From: an uncultured candidate division Zixibacteria bacterium
Lineage (GTDB): Bacteria; Zixibacteria; MSB-5A5; UBA10806; 4484-95
Assembly (NCBI GenBank): GCA_963668625.2
Contig: CAXXKA010000006.1
Location: forward strand, 576,001 to 640,000
Reading direction: 5' to 3'
Length of the DNA stretch: 64,000 nucleotides
Part shown: piece after piece, positions 56,420 through 64,000 of the stretch
Layout: each line of letters begins with the position of its first letter
Numbering within the stretch: position 1 is the first letter of the stretch
Translations under genes and position numbers: made by a program
Notes under the pieces: generated by a model
Seen by the model: only the letters and a program-made list of their open reading frames with translations
What the model was told of the DNA's origin: nothing
Database searches by the model: none

Positions 56420-58159
56420 ATGAATAGAATAATATTATTGGCCGTGTTGCTGTTTATATTCAGCTTCTCGGATTCATTCTCTCAGGTGCCTGAACTTCTA
56501 GATGGCTGGCCTTATAGCCGTTTGCTAACCTCATACGCCGAACAAAACATTCCGCGGTTTGCATGCGATGCTGATTTAGCGATATTTTACAGCACGCCCT
56601 CAGGCGATAATAATAAATTCCACATGAATGGCTCCTATTACAACGGTTGGCCTGTCTACGAGGATGAAGTTCATATACACGGAAGAATAACGATTGTGGA
56701 TTTGGATCACGATGGTAAGGATGAGTTGGTGGCAAACGGTTATTTCGTTAGTGATATTCCTGCCAGAGTTCTTAATAAACTATATATCATAGATGATGAC
56801 GGCACGATCTTTCCCGATTTTCCAATTATATACAGCACCATAATTTGTCCGAATGTAGCCGATTTCGATGCTGACGGCGAATATGAATTGATATTTTACG
56901 ATGACGAAGTAGAATTAATCTATTGCATCGACAGGTTCGGTAATCCTGAACCGGGCTGGCCGGTGGATTTACCTGATGATATTTATCACCAGTCCGTGAA
57001 CGGTGGTGCTGCGGTTGGTGACCTTGATCTTGATGGATTCTTAGAGTATATAGTTAAAAGTAATGACTGTGTTTATGCCTTTCGCTATGATGGGACAATG
57101 ATCGAGGATTTCCTTATAAAAACCATTGAATATCCTTATTTTTTCGAGGCTCATAACGCTGTTACTCTTGGTGATGTTGATTTTGATGGGTATCTGGAGA
57201 TAGTTTTATCGGCACAGAGAGTCACGCTGGATTCCATCGCGAGTTATGTTGCGATTTACGAACATACCGGAGAGCCAAAGGAGGGCTGGCCGATCATGTT
57301 CCCCGATGCTTATGATTGGAATATGCCGACGATCGCGGATATCAATTCTGATGGTATCCCCGAAATAGGCTTTTCAATGGATGTATATACTTATTTTGTT
57401 GATGTTGATGGCAATCCTCTTGATGGTTGGCCGGTAGAATTTTATAAGCCGGATGGCCGGCCAAGAATGCCGATGTCGGATATAATAGCCGTTGATGTAG
57501 ATGGTGACAATGATTGTGAGATATTTTTCGATTTCAACACTCAGTACTGGGATCCTGAAAATGAAGATATTTACAGTTGTTTCTATGGCTCGGATCATCA
57601 CGGGCAAGATTTGCCCGGATATCCAGTGATTGTCGAAGGTTCCAGCGTGGGGTGTCCGCCAATTTTCCATTTTGACAGTTCTGATAATCAATATTATATG
57701 GCGCTTAGCACTCTGGTGGGATATCCCGATAGTATTTATACGATAGATTCGGTATATCTGGAGGTCTTCCAGTTTCCCGATTCCACCGGGCCGCCCGATC
57801 AATGGCCGATGCAGGGGCATGATAATTTGATGACGCGTAATTACAATTTCGTAGATCGTGTCACCGCTATCCGGGATGATGAGCAACCGCTGCCTAAAAG
57901 CTATATCCTGACTCAGAACTACCCCAACCCGTTCAATGCCGCTACCACGATTGATTTCGCGCTGCCCAAACCCGAGCATGTCACGATTACGGTATACGAT
58001 ATCCTCGGCCGCAGGGTAGAGGTGCTGGTGGATGAGACATTACCGGCGGGTAACCATCAGGCGCTATGGCAGGCTGATGATTACGCCTCGGGGATGTATT
58101 TTTATCGCATGGAGGCGGGTGATTTGACGCTGAGCCGGAAGATGTTGCTGATTAAGTAG
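56420..58159 (+). CDS. Secreted FG-GAP/VCBS-repeat protein with a C-terminal sorting domain, cassette 3
   Basis: Same architecture; RBS regenerated by the IS end. Confidence 0.88.
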   Translation: MNRIILLAVLLFIFSFSDSFSQVPELLDGWPYSRLLTSYAEQNIPRFACDADLAIFYSTPSGDNNKFHMNGSYYNGWPVYEDEVHIHGRITIVDLDHDGKDELVANGYFVSDIPARVLNKLYIIDDDGTIFPDFPIIYSTIICPNVADFDADGEYELIFYDDEVELIYCIDRFGNPEPGWPVDLPDDIYHQSVNGGAAVGDLDLDGFLEYIVKSNDCVYAFRYDGTMIEDFLIKTIEYPYFFEAHNAVTLGDVDFDGYLEIVLSAQRVTLDSIASYVAIYEHTGEPKEGWPIMFPDAYDWNMPTIADINSDGIPEIGFSMDVYTYFVDVDGNPLDGWPVEFYKPDGRPRMPMSDIIAVDVDGDNDCEIFFDFNTQYWDPENEDIYSCFYGSDHHGQDLPGYPVIVEGSSVGCPPIFHFDSSDNQYYMALSTLVGYPDSIYTIDSVYLEVFQFPDSTGPPDQWPMQGHDNLMTRNYNFVDRVTAIRDDEQPLPKSYILTQNYPNPFNAATTIDFALPKPEHVTITVYDILGRRVEVLVDETLPAGNHQALWQADDYASGMYFYRMEAGDLTLSRKMLLIK

Positions 58160-58283
58160 AACAATCTCAGCGATTTATATCACATTCTCTTTAATCAATA
58201 ATCGAACTATTGATGTTTCATTAACTGTTTCAGAATTACCCTTATGGAAAATCCTTCTACGCCATTTCGGAATTATTTTCCGC

Positions 58284-58310
58284 TCAATATTTACCGGAGC
58301 CTGCCGATAT
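58284..58310 (+). promoter_or_regulatory. sigma28-like promoter upstream of fliR
   Basis: TCAA-15 nt-GCCGATAT. Confidence 0.55.
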
Positions 58311-58377
58311 ACTGAATAAACATAGATAACTCATTATCCCATAAGTAAATACAATTAGCTATAAAGCATCAAAATAA

Positions 58378-58393
58378 GGGCACAAGCCTTGCT
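58378..58393 (+). promoter_or_regulatory. sigma54 promoter of fliR-flhBAFG
   Basis: GGGCAC-AAGCC-TTGCT; GGAA-N5-TTCC-like sites at 58246 and 58269. Confidence 0.7.
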
Positions 58394-58421
58394 ATATGAC
58401 GATAGAGAAGGAGAATCTTTA

Positions 58422-59204
58422 ATGTCGTTGTTGCAGCTTTCAGCCCTCGAATTTGAAAAGCTACTGTTAGTCATCCTGCGAGTAGGTGGGATTATGACAG
58501 TTGCGCCTATGTTTGGCCATCGCAATGTGCCATCAATGGTAAAACTAGGTTTGATTTTATTAATCAGCCTTATTCTTCTTCCCACGGTAACTACCTCGGT
58601 TGACCTGCCGCCGAATTTACTTTCCATGGTTGCTATACTGGCAAAGGAAGTAATGGCCGGCCTGGCAATTGGGTTCACCTCGCTACTGATTTTTATCGCC
58701 ATACAGTTTGCCGGCAATCTCATCGGTATGCAGATGGGCTTCGGTATCGTAAACGTACTCGATCCCAACTCGCAAACACAGGTGCCGCTTATCGGGCAGC
58801 TTCAGTTTTTGCTGGCGATGCTTATATTTCTGGCGCTTGACGGCCATCACATGCTGCTTTCGGCCATAACCGGTAGTTTTCATATCATACCGTTGGGCGA
58901 GATCACCTTCACGCATCTCACCAGCGAGGTGTTGGTAAGGGCGGTGGTTGGCTCGCTGGCGCAGGGGATAAAGCTGGGCGCGCCGTGTATCGTAACGTTG
59001 TTTTTACTTGATGTCTCCCTGGGTATAGTTGCCAGAACCGTACCCCAGATGAACATATTCATTATTGGTTTCCCATTAAAAATCTCTGTTGGGCTTTTCA
59101 TGTTAGGCGCCTCGATGCCGATCGTGGGCTATGTTTTTTCCAAGCTTCTGCAGGGATTGAACTCGGACCTTAACAATTTAATTTTGGCCATGAGGCCGGC
59201 GTAG
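58422..59204 (+). CDS. fliR: Export gate FliR
   Basis: APMFG...VP, AG.LIG.QMG, DGHH, RTVPQMNIFIIGFPLK; ATG follows AAGGAG. Confidence 0.93.
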   Translation: MSLLQLSALEFEKLLLVILRVGGIMTVAPMFGHRNVPSMVKLGLILLISLILLPTVTTSVDLPPNLLSMVAILAKEVMAGLAIGFTSLLIFIAIQFAGNLIGMQMGFGIVNVLDPNSQTQVPLIGQLQFLLAMLIFLALDGHHMLLSAITGSFHIIPLGEITFTHLTSEVLVRAVVGSLAQGIKLGAPCIVTLFLLDVSLGIVARTVPQMNIFIIGFPLKISVGLFMLGASMPIVGYVFSKLLQGLNSDLNNLILAMRPA

Positions 59205-59206
59205 TT

Positions 59207-60271
59207 ATGGCGGAACAACACAGTCAAGACGAAAAAACCGAACAGGCGACACCCCGGCGACGGGAAGATTCGCGAAAGAAAGGTCAGGTAGCAAAATCAC
59301 AGGAGCTCAGCTCCGTGTTTATTATTTTGACCGGCGTCGTCGCGCTAGGCATTTTCTACAATAATCTGCTGACCGGATTCGCTGGAGCGTTCCAGTATAA
59401 TTTCAGCAAACTAGGAACCGAAATCACACCGACTAATTTCTATGAGCTATTCCTGACCAATGGTAATACGCTGATCGGGATTTTAGCGCCGGTACTTCTG
59501 ATGCTGGCCGTGGTCGCTATCCTTATCAATATTGCCCAGGTGGGATTCATGATCTCACTCGAGTCGATCCAACCGAAATTGGAAAAACTGAATCTCCTGA
59601 AAGGCTTGAAACGCATTTTCTCGATGCGAACTTTATTCAATTTTTTCAGGGATTCGATCAAAATAGCCATCATAGCCACTATCGTTTATTTCACATACAA
59701 ATCAGAAATGGTGAATTTCATCCCGCTGGCCGATCAGGAACTCGGGCAGATGATTACGTTTATGGGTAAGACCGCCCTGAAGATCGTCCTGCGTGCTTCA
59801 CTGGCGCTCCTGTTTTTAGCCGCTCTCGATTATGCCTACCAAAAATACGAACACGAGAAGAGCATGAAGATGACCAAGCAAGAGGTCAAGGATGAGATGA
59901 AGCAGATGGATGGTGATCCGATGATCAAGATGCGGATCAAGCGTATCCAGCGCGAGATGGCTCGCCAGAGAATGCTTCAAGAGGTTGAAACAGCCGACGT
60001 GGTGGTCACCAACCCGACTCACCTGGCGGTTGCCCTGAAATACGATTCCGATAACATGGCCGCGCCGATGGTAGTGGCTAAGGGACAACGTTTAATAGCC
60101 CAGAAAATCAAAGAAGTCGCAAAAGAGGCCGGCGTGCCGGTTGTCGAAAATAAACCGTTGGCGCAAGCATTATACAAGTCTGTCGAGGTCGGTATGGCGA
60201 TACCCGCCAAGCTGTTCAAAGCGGTTGCCGAGGTGCTGGCTTATGTGTACAAGTTGAAAGGTAAAGCCTGA
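59207..60271 (+). CDS. flhB: Export protein FlhB
   Basis: EKTEQATP, GQVAKSQE, NPTH autocleavage site, PVVENKPLA. Confidence 0.95.
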   Translation: MAEQHSQDEKTEQATPRRREDSRKKGQVAKSQELSSVFIILTGVVALGIFYNNLLTGFAGAFQYNFSKLGTEITPTNFYELFLTNGNTLIGILAPVLLMLAVVAILINIAQVGFMISLESIQPKLEKLNLLKGLKRIFSMRTLFNFFRDSIKIAIIATIVYFTYKSEMVNFIPLADQELGQMITFMGKTALKIVLRASLALLFLAALDYAYQKYEHEKSMKMTKQEVKDEMKQMDGDPMIKMRIKRIQREMARQRMLQEVETADVVVTNPTHLAVALKYDSDNMAAPMVVAKGQRLIAQKIKEVAKEAGVPVVENKPLAQALYKSVEVGMAIPAKLFKAVAEVLAYVYKLKGKA

Positions 60272-62358
60272 TGCCAGAGATTAAAACCAGTAGTTCGATC
60301 CTAGCGAAGATCACCGAGTACTCGGATATAGTACTGGCAGTGGCGGTTGTCGCCATATTGGCTATTCTAATTCTGCCGTTACCCCCGGCGTTTCTGGATT
60401 TCATGCTGGCGTTCAATATCACGCTCTCACTGGTAATTCTTCTGGTAACGATGTATATCAAGCGTCCGCTGGAGCTTTCGGTATTTCCGGGATTGCTTTT
60501 GATTATCACCTTATTCAGGCTGTCTTTGAACGTCGCCTCAACCCGTTTAATTTTGGGCAGCGCATATGCGGGTGATGTTATCGCCTCGTTCGGTAATTTC
60601 GTCGTTGGCGGTAATTACGTAGTCGGTTTCATTATCTTCGCTATTTTGGTGATTATCCAGTTCGTGGTTATCACCAAGGGCGCGGGCCGTATTGCCGAGG
60701 TGGCCGCCAGGTTTACTCTGGATGCCATGCCGGGTAAGCAGATGGCTATCGACGCCGATTTGAACGCCGGTCTGATAAGCGAGTCCGACGCCAAGCAACG
60801 CCGTTCGGATATCAGTCAGGAGGCTGATTTCTACGGAGCAATGGACGGCGCCTCGAAGTTCGTTCGGGGTGATGCTATCGCCGGTATCTTGATCACACTG
60901 ATTAACGTCATCGGTGGTATAGTTATCGGCGTGGTCCAGCGCGATATGCCGGTAAGTCAGGCTTTAACCACCTACACACTGCTGACAGTCGGTGACGGAC
61001 TGGTTACGCAGATACCCGCCCTGATCGTATCGACCTCGGCAGGTATCGTGGTAACGCGCGCAGCATCCGACTCCAACCTTGGTAAAGACTTAACCCGGCA
61101 AATTACGTTACAACCCCGTGCGATCATGATTGCCTCGATGATATTGACCCTGTTCGGTATAGTTCCCGGCATGCCAACGCTGCCGTTTATCCTCCTTGGT
61201 GGAATAACCGGAGCGATAGCTTACACCTCCATACAGGCAATGAAGAAAGATGAGGCAAAGGCCGAAGAGGTAATCGCTGAGGAGAAAGAGAAAGAGATTC
61301 CTCCACCCGAGAAAATGGAGGAATATCTGAAAGTAGATCCGATGGAGATCGAAATCGGATACGCTCTTATTCCTCTCGTTGATGTTTCGATGGGTACGGA
61401 TCTGCTCGACAGGATCAGCATGATCAGGCGGCAGATAGCCTCCGAGATGGGATTCTTAGTACCGCCCATTCGTATCCGCGACAATATGCAGTTAAAACCG
61501 AACGAATATCAGATAAAAATTCGCGGTCACAAGATGGCATCCTCGGAGTTGTATCCCGGACAATTACTGGCTATCAATCCCGGATTCGTAACCAGGCAAA
61601 TAGACGGTTCCGAGGTGCTCGAACCGGCGTTCGGTCTTCAGGGCAAATGGATAAGCGAAGGTATGAAATCGCAGGCGGAGTCACGCGGCTATACGGTAGT
61701 CGAACCGGCGGCTGTTTTAGCCACTCATTTGACCGAGCTTATCAAATTGCATGCCTCTGAATTCATCACCCGCCAGGAGGCCGCCAATCTGATTGAGAAT
61801 ATCAGGGCCGAACAATCGGCCTTGGTCGAAGAGATCATTCCCGGACAGGTTACTATAAGTATCATACAGAAAATTCTCCAGAACCTGCTCGAGGAAAGAA
61901 TTCCGATTCTGGATCTACCGCTCATCCTGGAAACTATCGGCGATTACGCGTCATCCACGAAAGACCCCGATATACTCACCGAGTATTGCCGTCACAATTT
62001 GAGCCGCACCATAACCGAGCAGTATCTGAATTCGGTAGGCGGTTTAACCGTAATGACTCTCGATCCCGAATTCGAACAGATAGTTTCGCAAGCGATTCAG
62101 CAAACCAAGCATGGCTTGATATTGACATTACCTCCGGAAGTGGCCGCGCAAGCGCATAAGGCGCTGTCATTGGGTACCGAGGAGATGCAGGCTCAGGGGT
62201 ATATACCGCTTATTCTGGCGGCGCCTAATATCAGGCTGGTATTAAAGCGATTCACAAAGCCTATCGATTCGACATTGGCGGTGATATCGTACAATGAAAT
62301 TCTTCCGGAAATAGAAGTTGAAAGCATAAAAACTGTGAGGTTGACAGATGGTAATTAA
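60271..62358 (+). CDS. flhA: Export protein FlhA
   Basis: LNVASTR, AEVAARFTLDAMPGKQM, FYGAMDGASKFV.GDAIAG. Confidence 0.96.
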   Translation: MPEIKTSSSILAKITEYSDIVLAVAVVAILAILILPLPPAFLDFMLAFNITLSLVILLVTMYIKRPLELSVFPGLLLIITLFRLSLNVASTRLILGSAYAGDVIASFGNFVVGGNYVVGFIIFAILVIIQFVVITKGAGRIAEVAARFTLDAMPGKQMAIDADLNAGLISESDAKQRRSDISQEADFYGAMDGASKFVRGDAIAGILITLINVIGGIVIGVVQRDMPVSQALTTYTLLTVGDGLVTQIPALIVSTSAGIVVTRAASDSNLGKDLTRQITLQPRAIMIASMILTLFGIVPGMPTLPFILLGGITGAIAYTSIQAMKKDEAKAEEVIAEEKEKEIPPPEKMEEYLKVDPMEIEIGYALIPLVDVSMGTDLLDRISMIRRQIASEMGFLVPPIRIRDNMQLKPNEYQIKIRGHKMASSELYPGQLLAINPGFVTRQIDGSEVLEPAFGLQGKWISEGMKSQAESRGYTVVEPAAVLATHLTELIKLHASEFITRQEAANLIENIRAEQSALVEEIIPGQVTISIIQKILQNLLEERIPILDLPLILETIGDYASSTKDPDILTEYCRHNLSRTITEQYLNSVGGLTVMTLDPEFEQIVSQAIQQTKHGLILTLPPEVAAQAHKALSLGTEEMQAQGYIPLILAAPNIRLVLKRFTKPIDSTLAVISYNEILPEIEVESIKTVRLTDGN

Positions 62359-63553
62359 AAAATTCATCGCCCCGACAATGCCCGAGGCTTTGGCCAAGGT
62401 AAAGAAAGAGCTGGGCGAGGATGCTGTCATTCTTAAAACAAGGATGAACAAAAAAGGAGGAGCCGGTAACGGTAAAAATGTTGAAGTAACCGCGGCTGTT
62501 GAAAAGGAGCAAAAGCCTCGTTTCAATGTTTCGAATGAAACTGTTAATATCGAGCCGAAGGAGAGCAGAATACCAGGTTCGGCAAAGACCGAAACCCAGC
62601 CATCGGGCGACATGCCCTCCGAGAAACTCGAGCAATTATCAAAAGAGATAGCTAATCTCAAACAATCGTTTTCAGAACAAAACAAAACCCGCCCGGCAGG
62701 TTCGTTTTTCGGAAGTTTTTCCTCCGAGATGCTGACTGTCGGCAGGGAGTTGATGGCAAAAAATCTTTCAGAGGAACTGGCGTTCAAAGTGGTTTCGCGG
62801 ATATCGAACTCCGAGGATGGTTTCGGGCTGGATAAAAACGAGATAGCTGCCAGGGTAACTCAAACTCTGTGTTCAATGATCCCCGACGGTCATCCTATCA
62901 GGCTAAAAGACAATGGCCCTACGGTGGTGATGTTCATCGGTATGGCAGGTTCGGGCAAAACCTCGGCGATCGCCAGGGTGGCGACTCAGTTCAAGGTAGA
63001 GCAAAATCGAAAGGTGGCAATAGTCACCACCGATAATTACCGCGCCGATTCGAGCCATCAGGTGAAATCGTTCTGCCGAATTTTAGGCTGCCCCTGTGGT
63101 ATCGTCTATACACCCGAGGAACTGTCCATGGCGATTAAGTCACAGCCGGAGGGATTGATTTTAGTCGATACAGCCGGAGTGAGTCCCAATGACGATAAGG
63201 AACTGGGAGAGCTCCATTCGCTTATCAGGGCTGCCAACCTTCATGAGCTGCACCTGGTAGCGGCCGCCTCGACGCCGAGTAGAGATATTCATCGTTTGAT
63301 AAGCACTTTCGATGAATTCGGTATCGATAGAATCCTCATCACCAAGCTGGATGAGACTCAAGCGCCCGGCGGCGTGATCACCGCCGCAATCGAGTCCGGC
63401 AAGAAACTCTCGTACATGAGTGGTTCGCGCGAGATACCCGGTAAATTCAATATTGCCTCCAGCGAATCACTGGCCGACATACTCACCTCCGTGAAGACAA
63501 CTGAGATTAGCGAACCGGAATGGGAAATGGAAGCGGTCGGTATATGGCAGTAG
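62348..63553 (+). CDS. flhF: SRP-family GTPase FlhF
   Basis: ALAKVKKELGEDAVIL, G.AGSGKT, DNYR, DTAG, TKLDE. Confidence 0.9.
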   Translation: MVIKKFIAPTMPEALAKVKKELGEDAVILKTRMNKKGGAGNGKNVEVTAAVEKEQKPRFNVSNETVNIEPKESRIPGSAKTETQPSGDMPSEKLEQLSKEIANLKQSFSEQNKTRPAGSFFGSFSSEMLTVGRELMAKNLSEELAFKVVSRISNSEDGFGLDKNEIAARVTQTLCSMIPDGHPIRLKDNGPTVVMFIGMAGSGKTSAIARVATQFKVEQNRKVAIVTTDNYRADSSHQVKSFCRILGCPCGIVYTPEELSMAIKSQPEGLILVDTAGVSPNDDKELGELHSLIRAANLHELHLVAAASTPSRDIHRLISTFDEFGIDRILITKLDETQAPGGVITAAIESGKKLSYMSGSREIPGKFNIASSESLADILTSVKTTEISEPEWEMEAVGIWQ

Positions 63554-64000
63554 ATAAAGTGTTAGGTGTGGCCGTACTTTCGGGCAAAGGCGGAGTCGGT
63601 AAGTCCGTAATCGCCCTTAACCTCGCTCTGGCGATGGGGAAGTTCGGCGTACGTACGCTTCTATTCGATGCGGGCGGCGGAGACTTGAACCATCTTGCCA
63701 ACTGTGGCGCGACCGAGGGCTTTAAAGGTATCAAGCCGGTTATAAACATTGGTGAAAATGTCGGACTATACAATTCAATGATAGACGATTCCTACTCGAT
63801 ATTGTCCGAGGAGGAAATAGAGCTTTTCCTGAGCGAGATAGTCAAAGCATCCAGTGGTTACGATTGCGTGGTGTTCGACAGCTTGACCGGCGCCGGTCCG
63901 GTGTCCTACACGCTGGCCGGCTTATCGGATTTGTCGATGCTGGTTACTACGGCTGATCCGACGGCGATTGCCAGCGCCTACGCTCTGGCTAAGGCGCTTC
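63544..64000 (+). CDS. flhG: MinD/ParA-family ATPase FlhG (partial, runs off the window)
   Basis: MAVDKVLGVAVLSGKGGVGKS deviant Walker A; overlaps the flhF stop. Confidence 0.85.
   Translation, partial: MAVDKVLGVAVLSGKGGVGKSVIALNLALAMGKFGVRTLLFDAGGGDLNHLANCGATEGFKGIKPVINIGENVGLYNSMIDDSYSILSEEEIELFLSEIVKASSGYDCVVFDSLTGAGPVSYTLAGLSDLSMLVTTADPTAIASAYALAKAL

Larger units (their letters stand above)
49537..58159 (+). repeat. Array of three paralogous two-gene cassettes between fliQ and fliR
   Basis: Units start at CGCATTAAT (49537, 51960, 54394); near-identical 399-bp gene ends at 51560-51958, 53994-54392 and 57761-58159; near-identical spacers at 51959-52231 and 54393-54665. Confidence 0.92.

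Noticed and set aside
14902-57979. Long antisense ORFs (e.g. 14902-15522, 25709-26302, 37434-38066, 47336-48040, 57374-57979)
   Set aside because: Shadows of well-supported genes on the opposite strand, with no recognisable motifs.
49537-58159. Diversity-generating retroelement explanation for the cassette repeats
   Set aside because: No reverse transcriptase in the window; differences between repeats are not adenine-specific, and the conserved part is the C-terminus.
49806-58159. Classical polymorphic toxin-immunity locus
   Set aside because: The C-terminus is constant rather than variable, no toxin motif is visible, and both partners have signal peptides. Not excluded, but unsupported.

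Overview
Bacterial chromosomal window, probably from an FCB-group or Zixibacteria-like organism. This is an inference from six secreted proteins ending in an NYPNPFN...ILGR...W...SG.YFY T9SS-A/FlgD-Ig-like sorting domain. From left to right: an uncharacterised membrane-protein operon; a REP-rich spacer; DUF72 and an S11 peptidase; an IS110/IS1111 element nested in a REP hairpin inside a MITE; an LRR lipoprotein; a YidE/AspT transporter; a selenocysteine peroxiredoxin (UGA plus SECIS); tRNA-Thr and tRNA-Tyr; secreted enzymes; type IV pilus genes (pilMNO, AMIN-PilP, pilQ); an aminopeptidase and an OPT transporter; motAB; and a large flagellar cluster (flgB to flhG) with recognisable sigma54 and sigma28 promoters. 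Most notable: (1) Between fliQ and fliR lies an array of three two-gene cassettes, each a small Cys-containing secreted protein, a hairpin, and an FG-GAP/VCBS propeller with a sorting domain. Their interiors are highly divergent, but they are joined by ~700-bp near-identical blocks, suggesting a polymorphic cognate-pair surface system. (2) Two IS110 elements have bridge-RNA guide candidates that can be read directly against their insertion sites. One targets REP hairpin loops; the other targets a Shine-Dalgarno sequence inside the array. All calls are from manual reading; no database searches were run.
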